This document shows, in pieces, positions 51,401 to 64,000 of a DNA stretch of 64,000 bases. The notes beneath the pieces were generated by a model that was not told the origin of the DNA, did not search any database, and saw only the letters and a program-made list of their open reading frames with translations. The stretch spans positions 375,534,001 through 375,598,000 of the forward strand of contig OZ024742.1 in assembly GCA_964016885.1 (NCBI GenBank), written 5' to 3'. Position 1 is the first letter of the stretch, and every line of letters starts with the position of its first letter. The position numbers and the translations under genes were made by a program. The DNA comes from Eledone cirrhosa. Taxonomy: Eukaryota.

Positions 51401-54400
51401 CAGGTTAAGTCTACCACCCAACACCCAGGTACTAATGTTAAACTAGACAAATTTAGTCTACCCCCCAACACCCAGGTAGTAATGTTAAACTAGATAGTTT
51501 AAGTCTACCACCCAACACCTAGGTATTAATATTAAACTAGACAGGTTAAGTCTACCACCCAACACCCAGGTGGTAATGTTAAACTAGACATTAAGTCTAC
51601 CACCCAACACCCAGGTAGTAATGTTAAACTAGATAGTTTAAGTCTACCACCCAACACCTAGGTAATAATATTAAACTAGACAAGTTAAGTCTACCACCCA
51701 ACACCCAGGTAGTAATGTTAAACTAGACATTAAGTCTACCACCCAACACCCAGGTAGTAATGTTAAACTAGACAGGTTAAGTCTACCACCCAACATCCAG
51801 GTAGTAATGTTAAAATAGACAGATTAAGTCTACCACCCTACACCCAGGTAGTAATGTTAAACTAGACAGATTAAGTCTACCACCCAACACCCATGTAGTA
51901 ATGTTAAACTAGACAGATTAAGTCTACCACCCAACACCCAGGTAGTAATGTTAAACTAGACAGATTAAGTCTACCACCAAACACCCAGGTAGTAATGTTA
52001 AACTAGACAGATTATGTCTACCACCCAACACCCAGGTGGGAATGTTAAACTAGACATTAAGTCTACCACCCAACACCCAGGTAGTAATGTTAAACTAGAC
52101 AGGTTAAGTCTACCACCCAACACCCAGGTAGTAATGTTAAACTAGACATTAAGTCTACCACCCAACACCCAGGTGGGAATGTTAAACTAGACATTAAGTC
52201 TACCACCCAACACCCAGGTAGTAATGTTAAACTAGATAGTTTAAGTCTACCACCCAACACCCAGGTATTAATATTAAACTAGACAGGTTAAGTCTACCAC
52301 CCAACACCCAGGTAGTAATGTTAAACTAGACAGATTAAGTCTACCACCCAACACCCAGGTAGTAATGTTAAACTAGATAGTTTATGTCTACCACCCAACA
52401 CCCAGGTAGTAATGTTAAATTAGACAGGTTAAATCTACCACCCAACACCCAGGTAGTAAAGTTAAACTAGACATTAAGTCTATCACCCAACACCCAGGTA
52501 GTAATGCTAAACTAGACATTAAGTCTACCACCCAACACCCATGTGTTAATGTTAAACTAGACAGTTTAAGTCTACCACCCAACACCCAGGGAGTAATGTT
52601 AAACTAGACAGTTTCAGTCTACCACCCAACACCCAGGTAGTAATGTTAAACTAGACATTAAGTCTACCACACAACACCCAGGTAGTAATGTTAAACTAGA
52701 CAGGTTAAGTCTACCACCCAACACCCAGGTAGTAATGTTAAACTAGACAGGTTAAGACTACCACCCAACACCCAGGTAGTAATGTTAAACCAGACATTAA
52801 GTCTACCACCCAACACCCAGGTAGTAATATTAAACTAGACAGGTTAAGTCTACCACCCAACACCCAGGTAGTAATGTTAAATTAGACAGATTAAGTCTAC
52901 CACCCAACAACCAGGTAGTAATGTTAAACTAGATAGGTTAAATCTACCACCCAACACCCAGGTAGTAATGTTAAACTAGACAGATTAAGTCTACCACACA
53001 ACAACCAGGTAGTAATGTTAAACTAGACATTAAGTCTACCACCCAACACCCAGGTGGTAATGTTAAACTAGACAATAAATCTACCACACAACACCCAGGT
53101 GGTAATGTTAAACTCGACATTAAGTCTACCACCCAACACCCAGGTGGTAATGTTAAACTAGACATTACGTCTACCACACAACACCCAGGTGGTAATGTTA
53201 AACTAGACAAATTAAGACTACCACCCAACACCCAGGTAGTAATGTTAAACTAGATAGTTTAAGTCTACCACCCAACACCCGGGTAGTAATGTTAAACTAG
53301 ACGTTAAGTCTACCACCCAACACCCAGGTAGTAATGTTAAACTAGACAGATTAAGTCTACCACCCAACACCCAGGTAGTAATATTAAACTAGACAGGTTA
53401 AGTCTACCACACAACACCCAGGTGGTAATGTTAAACTAGACAGGTTAAGTCTACCACCCAACACCCAGGTAGTAATGTTAAACTAGACAGATTAAGTCTA
53501 CCACCCAACACCCAGGTAGTAATGTTAAACTAGACAGATTAAGTCTACCACCCAACACCCAGGTAGTAATGTTAAACTAGACAGATTATGTCTACCACCC
53601 AACACCCAGGTAGTAATGTTAAACTAGACAGATTAAGTCTACCACCCAACACCCAGGTAGTAATGTTAAACTAGACAGGTTAAGTCTACCACCCAACACC
53701 CAGGTAGTAATGTTAAACTAGACAGATTATGTCTACCACCCAACACACAGGTGGGAATGTTAAACTAGACATTAAGTCTACCACCCAACACCCAGGTAGT
53801 AATTTTAAACTAGACAGGTTAAGTCTACCACCCAACACCCAGGTAGTAATGTTAAACTAGACATTAAGTCTACCACCCAACACCCAGGTGGGAATGTTAA
53901 ACTAGACATTAAGTCTACCACCCAACACCCAGGTAGTAATGTTAAACTAGATAGTTTAAGTCTACCACCCAACACCCAGGTATTAATATTAAACTAGACA
54001 GGTTAAGTCTACCACCCAACACCCAGGTAGTAATGTTAAACTAGACAGATTAAGTCTACCACCCAACACCCAGGTAGTAATGTTAAACTAGATAGTTTAT
54101 GTCTACCACCCAACACCCAGGTAGTAATGTTAAACTAGACAGGTTAAGTCTACCACCCAACACCCAGGTAGTAATGTTAAATTAGACAGGTTACGTCTAC
54201 CACCCAACACCCAGGTAGTAAAGTTAAACTAGACATTAAGTCTACCACCCAACACCCAGGTAGTAAAGTTAAACTAGACATTAGGTCTACCACCCAACAC
54301 CCAGGTAGTAATGCTAAACTAGACATTAAGTCTACCACCCAACACCCATGTGGTAATGTTAAACTAGACAGTTTAAGTCTACCACCCAACACCCAGGGAG

Positions 54401-57400
54401 TAATGTTAAACTAGACAGTTTCAGTCTACCACCCAACACCCAGGTAGTAATGTTAAACTAGACATTAAGTCTACCACACAACACCCAGGTAGTAATGTTA
54501 AACTAGACAGGTTAAGTCTACCACCCAACACCCAGGTAGTAATGTTAAACTAGACAGGTTAAGTCTACCACCCAACACCCAGGTAGTAATGTTAAACTAG
54601 ACATTAAGTCTACCACCCAACACCCAGGTAGTAATGTTAAACTAGACAGGTTAAGTCTACCACACAACACCCAGCTGGTAATGTTAAACTAGACAGGTTA
54701 AGTCTACCACCCAACACCCAGGTAGTAATGTTAAACTAGACAGATTAAGTCTACCACCCAACAACCAGGTAGTAATGTTAAACTAGATAGGTTAAATCTA
54801 CCACCCAACACCCAGGTAGTAATCTTAAACTAGACAGGTTAAGTCTACCACACAACAACCAGGTAGTAATGTTAAACTAGACATTAAGTCTACCACCCAA
54901 CACCCAGGTGGTAATGTTAAACTAGACAATAAATCTACCACACAACACCCAGGTGGTAATGTTAAACTCGACATTAAGTCTACCACCCAACACCCAGGTG
55001 GTAATGTTAAACTAGACATTACGTCTACCACACAACACCCAGGTGGTAATGTTAAACTAGACAAATTAAGTCTACCACCCAACACCCAGGTAGTAATGTT
55101 AAACTAGATAGTTGAAGTCTACTCCCCAACAACCAGGTAGTAATGTTAAACTAGACAGGTTAAGTCTACCACCCAACACCCAGGTAGTAATGTTAAACTA
55201 GTTAGTTTAAGTCTACCACCCAACACCCAGGTAGTAATATTAAACTAGACAGGTTAAGTCTACCACCCAACACCCAGGTAGTAATGCTAAACTAGACATT
55301 AAGTCTACCATTCAACACCCATGTGGTAATGTTAAACTAGACAGTTTAAGTCTACCACCCAACACCCACGGAGTAATGTTAAACTAGACAGTTTCAGTCT
55401 ACCAACGAACACCCAGGTAGTAATGTTAAACTAGACATTAAGTCTACCACACAACACCCAGGTAGTAATGCTAAACTAGACATTAAGTCTACCACCCAAC
55501 ACCCATGTGGTAATTTTAAACTTGACAGTTTAAGTCTACCACCCAATACCCAGGTGGTAATGCTAAACAAGACATTAAGTCTACCACCCAACACCCATGT
55601 GGTAATTTTAAACTTGACAGTTTAAGTCTACCACCCAACAGCCAAGTCGTAATGTTAAACTAGACATTAAGTCTACCCCCCAACAACCAGGTAGTATTGT
55701 TAAACTAGACAGTTTAAGTCTACCACCCAACACCCAGGTAGTAATGTTAAACTAGACAGTTTAATTCTACCATCCAACACCCAGGTATTAATGTTAAACT
55801 AGACATTAAGTCTACCACCCAACACCCAGGTAGTTAAGTTAAACTAGACAGTTTAAGTCTACCACCCAACACCCAGGTAGTAATGTTAAACTAGACATTA
55901 AGTCTACCCCCAACAACCAGGTAGTATTGTTAAACTAGACAGATTAAGTCTACCACCCAACACCCAGGTAGTAATGTTAAACTAGATAGTTTAAGTCTAT
56001 CACCCAACACACGGGTAGTAATGTTAAACCAGACATTAAGTCTACCACCCAACACCCAGATAGTACTGTAAAACTAGACAGATTAAGTCTACCACCCAAC
56101 ACCCAGGGAGTAATGTTAAACTAGACAGTTTAAGTCTACCACCCAACAACCAGGTAGTAATGTGAAACTAGACATTAAGTCTACCACCCAACACCCAGGT
56201 AGTAATGTTAAACTAGACAGATTAAGTCTACCACCCAACAACCAGGTAGTAATGTTAAACTAGACATTAAGTCTACCATCCAACACCAAGGTAGTAATGT
56301 TAAACTAGACAGATTAAGTCTACCACCCAACACCCAGGTAGTAATGTTAAACTAGACAGTTTAAGTCTACCACCCAACAACCAGGTAGTAATGTTAAACT
56401 AGATAGGTTAAGTCTACCACCCAACACACAGGTAGTAATGTTAAACTAGACAGGTTAAGTCTACCACACAACAACCAGGTAGTAATGTTAAACTAGACAT
56501 TAAGTCTACCATCCAACACCCAGGTAATAATGTTAAACTAGATATTAAGTCTACCACCCAACACCCAGGTGGTAATGTTAAACTAGACAATAAATCTACC
56601 ACACAACACCCAGGTGGTAATGTTAAACTAGACATTAAGTCTACCACCCAACACCCAGGTGGTAATGTTAAACTAGACATTACGTGTACCACACAACACC
56701 CAGGTGCTAACGTTAAACTAGACATTAAGTGTACCACCCAACAACCAGGTAGTGATGTTAAACTAGACATTAAGTCTACCACCCAACACCCAGGTAGTAA
56801 TGTTAAACTAGACATTAAGTCTACCACACAACATGCAGGTGGTAATGTTAAACTAGACAAATTAAGTCTATCACCCAACACCCAGGTAGTAATGTTAAAC
56901 TAGATAGTTGAAGTCTACCCCCCAACAACCAGGTGGTAATGTTAAACTAGACAGTTTATGTCTACCACCCAACACCCAGGTAGTAATGTTAAACTAGACA
57001 TTAACTCTACCACCCAACACCCAGGTAGTAATCTTAAACTAGACATTAACTCTACCACCCAACACCCAGGTAGTAATGTTAAACTAGACATTAAGTCTAC
57101 CACCCCAACACCCAGGTAGTAATGTTAAACTAGACAGGTTAAGTCTACCACCCAACACCCAGGTAGTAATGTTAAACTAGACATTAAGTCTACCACACAA
57201 CACCCAGGTAGTAATGTTAAACTAGACATTAATTCTACCACCCACCACCCAGGTAGTAATGTTTAACTAGTCATTAAGTCTACCACACAACACCCAGGTG
57301 GTAATGTTAAACTAGACATTAAGTGTACCACCCAACACCCAGGTAGTAATGTTAAACTAGACAGTTTATGTCTACCACCCAACACCCAGTTAGTAATGTT

Positions 57401-60400
57401 AAACTAGACATTAAGTCTACCACACAACACCCAGGTGGTAATGTTAAACTAGGCATTAAGTCTGCCACCCAACACCCAGGTAGTAATGTTAAACTAGACA
57501 GTTTAAGTCTACCACCCAACACCCAGGTGGTAATGTTAAATTAGACATTAAGTCTACCACCCAACACCCAGGTGGTAATGTTAAACTTGACATGAAGTCT
57601 ACCACCCAACACCCAGGTAGTAATTTTAAACTAGATAGTTTAAGTCTACCACCCAACACCCAGGTATTAATATTAAACTAGACAGGTTAAGTCTACCACC
57701 CACCACCCAGGTAGTAATGTTAAACTAGACAGATTAAGTCTACCACCCAACACCCAGGTAGTAATGTTAAACTAGACAGGTTAAGTCTACCACCCAAAAC
57801 ACCCAGGTAGTAATGTTAAACTAGACATTAAGTCTACCACCCAACACCCAGGTAGTAATATTAAACTAGACAGTTTAAGTCTACCACCCAACAACCAGGT
57901 AGTAATGTTAAACTAGATAGGTTATGTCTACCACCCAACACCCAGGTAGTAACGTTAAACTAGACAGGTTAAGTCTACCACCCAACACCCAGGTAGTAAT
58001 GTTAAACTAGACAGGTTAAGTCTACCACCCAAAACACCCAGGTAGTAATGTTAAACTAGACATTAAGTCTACCACCCAACACCCAGTTAGTAATATTAAA
58101 CTAGACAGTTTAAGTCTACCACCCAACAACCAGGTAGTAATGTTAAACTAGATAGGTTAAGTCTACCACCCAACAACCAGGTAGTAATGTTAAACTAGAC
58201 AGGTTAAGTCTACCACACAACACCCAGGTAGTAATGTTAAACCAGACATTAAGTCTACCACACAACACCCAGGTAGTAATGTTAAACTAGACATTAAGTC
58301 TACCACCCAACACCCAGGTGGTAATGTTAAACTAGACAATAAATCTACCACCCAACACCCAGGTGGTAATGTTAAACTAGACATTAAGTCTACCACCCAA
58401 CACCCAGGTGTTAATGTTAAACTAGACATTACGTCTACCACACAACACCCAGGTGGTAATGTTAAACTAGACATTAAGCATACCACCCAACAACCAGGTA
58501 GTAATGTTAAACTAGACATTAAGTCTACCACCCAACACCCAGGTAGTAATGTTAAACTAGACATTAAGTCTACCACCCAACACCCAGGTGGTAATGTTAA
58601 ACTAGACATTAAGTCTACCACCCAACACCCAGGTGGTAATGTTAAACTAGACATTAAGTCTTCCACCCAACACCCAGGTAGTAATGTTAAACTAGATAGT
58701 TTAAGTCTACCACCCAACACCCAAGTAGTAATGTTAAACTAGACAGATTAAGTCTACCACCCAACACCCAGGTAGTAATGTTGAACTAGATAGTTTATGT
58801 CTACCACCCAACACCCAGGTAGTAATGTTAAACTAGACAGGTTAAGTCTACCACGCAACACCCAGGTAGTAATGTTAAACTAGACAGGTTAAGTCTACCA
58901 CCCAACACCCAGGTAGTAATGTTAAACTAGACATTAAGTCTACCACACAACACCCAGTTAGTAATGTTAAACTAGACAGGTTAAGTCTACCACACAACAC
59001 CCAGGTAGTAATGTTAAACTAGACATTAATTCTACCACCCACCACCCAGGTAGTAATGTTTAACTAGTCATTAAATCTACCACACAACACCCAGGTGGTA
59101 ATGTTAAACTAGACATTAAGTGTACCACCCAACACCCAGGTAGTAATGTTAAACTAGACAGTTTATGTCTACCACCCAACACCCAGTTAGTAATGTTAAA
59201 CTAGACATTAAGTCTACCACACAACACCCAGGTGGTAATGTTAAACTAGGCATTAAGTCTACCACCCAACACCCAGGTAGTAATGTTAAACTAGACAGTT
59301 TAAGTCTACCACCCAACACCCAGATGGTAATGTTAAATTAGACATTAAGTCTACCACCCAACACCCAGGTGGTAATGTTAAACTAGACATGAAGTCCACC
59401 ACCCAACACCCAGGTAGTAATTTTAAACTAGATAGTTTAAGTCTACCACCCAACACCCAGGTATTAATATTAAACTAGACAGGTTAAGTCTACCACCCAC
59501 CACCCAGGTAGTAATGTTAAACTAGACATATTAAGTCTACCACCCAACACCCAGGTAGTAATGTTAAACTAGATAGTTTATGTCTACCACCCAACACCCA
59601 GGTAGTAACGTTAAACTAGACAGGTTAAGTCTACCACCCAACACCCAGGTAGTAATGTTAAACTAGACAGGTTAAGTCTACCACCCAAAACACCCAGGTA
59701 GTAATGTTAAACTAGACATTAAGTCTACCACTCAACACCCAGGTAGTAATATTAAACTAGACAGTTTAAGTCTACCACCCAACAACCAGGTAGTAATGTT
59801 AAACTATACAGGTTAAGTCTACCACACAACACCCAGGTAGTAATGTTAAACCAGACATTAAGTCTACCACACAACACCCAGGTAGTAATGTTAAACTAGA
59901 CATTAAGTCTACCACCCAACACCCAGGTCGTAATGTTAAACTAGACAATAAATCTACCACACAACACCCAGCTGGTAATGTTAAACTAGACATTAAGTCT
60001 TCCACCCAACACCCAGGTAGTAATGTTAAACTAGATAGTTTAAGTCTACCACCCAACACCCAAGTAGTAATGTTAAACTAGACAGATTAAGTCTACCACC
60101 CAACACCCAGGTAGTAATGTTAAACTAGATAGTTTATGTCTACCACCCAACACCCAGGTAGTAATGTTAAACTAGACAGGTTAAGTCTACCACCCAACAC
60201 CCAGGTAGTAATGTTAAACTAGACAGGTTAAGGCTACCACCCAACACCCACGTAGTAATGTTAAACTAGACATTAAGTCTACCACCCAACACCCAGGTAG
60301 TAATATTAAACTAGACAGGTTAAGTCTACCACCCAACAGCCAGGTAGTAATGTTAAACTAGACAGAATAAGTCTACCACCCAACAGCCAGGTAGTAATGT

Positions 60401-63400
60401 TAAACTAGACAGATTAAGTCTACCACCCCAACACCCAGGTAGTAATGTTAAACTAGACAGGTTAAGTCTACCACCCAACACCCAGGTAGTAATGTTAATC
60501 TAGACATTTAGTCTACCACACAACACCCAGGTAGTAATGTTAAACTAGACATTAATTCTACCACCCACCACCCAGGTAGTAATGTTTAACTAGTCATTAA
60601 GTCTACCACACAACACCCAGGTGGTAATGTTAAACTAGACATTAAGTGTACCACCCAACACCCAGGTAGTAATGTTAAACTAGACAGTTTATGTCTACCA
60701 CCCAACACCCAGTTAGTAATGTTAAACTAGACATTAAGTCTACCACACAACACCCAGGTGGTAATGTTAAACTAGGCATTAAGTCTACCACCCAACACCC
60801 AGGTAGTAATGTTAAACTAGACAGTTTAAGTCTACCACCCAACACCCAGGTTGTAATGTTAAATTAGACATTAAGTCTACCACCCAACACCCAGGTGGTA
60901 ATGTTAAACTTGACATGAAGTCTACCACCCAACACCCAGGTAGTAATTTTAAACTAGATAGTTTAAGTCTACCACCCAACACCCAGGTATTAATATTAAA
61001 CTAGACAGGTTAAGTCTACCACCCACCACCCAGGTAGTAATGTTAAACTAGACAGATTAAGTCTACCACCCAACACCCAGGTAGTAATGTTAAACTAGAC
61101 AGGTTAAGTCTACCACCCAAAACACCCAGGTAGTAATGTTAAACTAGACATTAAGTCTACCACCCAACACCCAGGTAGTAATATTAAACTAGACAGTTTA
61201 AGTCTACCACCCAACAACCAGGTAGTAATGTTAAACTAGATAGGTTATGTCTACCACCCAACACCCAGGTAGTAACGTTAAACTAGACAGGTTAAGTCTA
61301 CCACCCAACACCCAGGTAGTAATGTTAAACTAGACAGGTTAAGTCTACCACCCAAAACACCCAGGTAGTAATGTTAAACTAGACATTAAGTCTACCACCC
61401 AACACCCAGTTAGTAATATTAAACTAGACAGTTTAAGTCTACCACCCAACAACCAGGTAGTAATGTTAAACTAGATAGGTTAAGTCTACCACCCAACAAC
61501 CAGGTAGTAATGTTAAACTAGACAGGTTAAGTCTACCACACAACACCCAGGTAGTAATGTTAAACCAGACATTAAGTCTACCACACAACACCCAGGTAGT
61601 AATGTTAAACTAGACAGATTAAGTCTACCACCCAACACCCAGGTGGTAATGTTAAACTAGACAATAAATCTACCACCCAACACCCAGGTGGTAATGTTAA
61701 ACTAGACATTAAGTCTACCACCCAACACCCAGGTGTTAATGTTAAACTAGACATTACGTCTACCACACAACACCCAGGTGGTAATGTTAAACTAGACATT
61801 AAGCGTACCACCCAACAACCAGGTAGTAATGTTAAACTAGACATTAAGTCTACCACCCAACACCCAGGTAGTAATGTTAAACTAGACATTAAGTCTACCA
61901 CCCAACACCCAGGTGGTAATGTTAAACTAGACATTAAGTCTACCACCCAACACCCAGGTGGTAATGTTAAACTAGACATTAAGTCTTCCACCCAACACCC
62001 AGGTAGTAATGTTAAACTAGATAGTTTAAGTCTACCACCCAACACCCAAGTAGTAATGTTAAACTAGACAGATTAAGTCTACCACCCAACACCCAGGTAG
62101 TAATGTTGAACTAGATAGTTTATGTCTACCACCCAACACCCAGGTAGTAATGTTAAACTAGACAGGTTAAGTCTACCACGCAACACCCAGGTAGTAATGT
62201 TAAACTAGACAGGTTACGTCTACCACCCAACACCCAGGTAGTAATGTTAAACTAGACATTAAGTCTACCACACAACACCCAGGTAGTAATGTTAAACTAG
62301 ACAGGTTAAGTCTACCACACAACACCCAGGTAGTAATGTTAAACTAGACATTAATTCTACCACCCACCACCCAGGTAGTAATGTTTAACTAGTCATTAAA
62401 TCTACCACACAACACCCAGGTGGTAATGTTAAACTAGACATTAAGTGCACCACCCAACACCCAGGTAGTAATGTTAAACTAGACAGTTTATGTCTACCAC
62501 CCAACACCCAGTTAGTAATGTTAAACTAGACATTAAGTCTACCACACAACACCCAGGTGGTAATGTTAAACTAGGCATTAAGTCTACCACCCAACACCCA
62601 GGTAGTAATGTTAAACTAGACAGTTTAAGTCTACCACCCAACACCCAGGTGGTAATGTTAAATTAGACATTAAGTCTACCACCCAACACCCAGGTGGTAA
62701 TGTTAAACTAGACATGAAGTCTACCACCCAACACCCAGGTAGTAATTTTAAACTAGATAGTTTAAGTCTACCACCCAACACCCAGGTATTAATATTAAAC
62801 TAGACAGGTTAAGTCTACCACCCACCACCCAGGTAGTAATGTTAAACTAGACATATTAAGTCTACCACCCAACACCCAGGTAGTAATGTTAAACTAGATA
62901 GTTTATGTCTACCACCCAACACCCAGGTAGTAACGTTAAACTAGACAGGTTAAGTCTACCACCCAACACCCAGGTAGTAATGTTAAACTAGACAGGTTAA
63001 GTCTACCACCCAAAACACCCAGGTAGTAATGTTAAACTAGACATTAAGTCTACCACTCAACACCCAGGTAGTAATATTAAACTAGACAGTTTAAGTCTAC
63101 CACCCAACAACCAGGTAGTAATGTTAAACTATACAGGTTAAGTCTACCACACAACACCCAGGTAGTAATGTTAAACCAGACATTAAGTCTACCACACAAC
63201 ACCCAGGTAGTAATGTTAAACTAGACATTAAGTCTACCACCCAACACCCAGGTGGTAATGTTAAACTAGACAATAAATCTACCACACAACACCCAGCTGG
63301 TAATGTTAAACTAGACATTAAGTCTTCCACCCAACACCCAGGTAGTAATGTTAAACTAGATAGTTTAAGTCTACCACCCAACACCCAAGTAGTAATGTTA

Positions 63401-64000
63401 AACTAGACAGATTAAGTCTACCACCCAACACCCAGGTAGTAATGTTAAACTAGATAGTTTATGTCTACCACCCAACACCCAGGTAGTAATGTTAAACTAG
63501 ACAGGTTAAGTCTACCACCCAACACCCAGGTAGTAATGTTAAACTAGACAGGTTAAGTCTACCACCCAACACCCACGTAGTAATGTTAAACTAGACATTA
63601 AGTCTACCACCCAACACCCAGGTAGTAATATTAAACTAGACAGGTTAAGTCTACCACCCAACAGCCAGGTAGTAATGTTAAACTAGACAGATTAAGTCTA
63701 CCACCCAACAGCCAGGTAGTAATGTTAAACTAGACAGATTAAGTCTACCACCTAACACCCAGGTAGTAATGTTAAACTAGACAGTTTAAGTCTACCACCC
63801 AACAACCAGGTAGTAATGTTAAACTAGATAGGTTAAGTCTACCACCCAACACCCAGGTAGTAATGTTAAACTAGACAGTTTATGTCTACCACCCAACACC
63901 CAGGTAGTAATGTTAAACTAGACAGGTTAAGTCTACCACCCAACACCCAGGTAGTAATGTTAAACTAGACAGGTTAAGGCTACCACCCAACACCCACGTA
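24488..64000. repeat. 45/47-bp satellite array (TAGACA[GT/GG/GA/-]TTAAGTCTACCACCCAACACCCAGGTAGTAATGTTAAAC), roughly 850 monomers, running off the right edge
   Basis: An uninterrupted tandem array over ~39.5 kb with two monomer lengths and higher-order duplications. Confidence 0.99.

Noticed and set aside
24488-64000. CRISPR-like array, or coding LPGCWVVDLMSSLT repeats
   Set aside because: There are no unique spacers and no cas genes. Short ORFs arise only where 45-bp units happen to run consecutively, and the 47-bp units break the frame.

Overview
Eukaryotic, AT-rich, repeat-dominated DNA. The mix of RTE LINEs, tRNA-SINEs and TA/CA microsatellites looks like a cephalopod (Octopus-type) genome; this is inference only. 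No prokaryotic genes or CRISPR are present. Layout: (1) 1-7800 is an 18-bp tandem array. Its right end forms the terminal exon of a minus-strand gene or pseudogene built from duplicated D/E/K-rich phase-1 exons, reading DGRGEGKG-(TEEVK[G/S])x20 and stopped by one unit that carries two in-frame stops. (2) 7.8-24.4 kb is intron-like DNA packed with elements: a 5'-truncated L1/Tx1 LINE with TSD; a ~1-kb nested foldback element around a TTAGGG-like core inside (GTGTG)n; a truncated Penelope-like element (GIY-YIG) with inverted pseudo-LTRs, each carrying a minimal hammerhead ribozyme motif; two convergent RTE LINEs with a PHD-like finger inside ORF2; several tRNA-SINEs; a TA-flanked MITE hairpin; and small minisatellites. 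(3) 24488-64000 is a ~39.5-kb 45/47-bp satellite with kb-scale higher-order duplications. Most long ORFs in the ORF track are artefacts of the tandem repeats.
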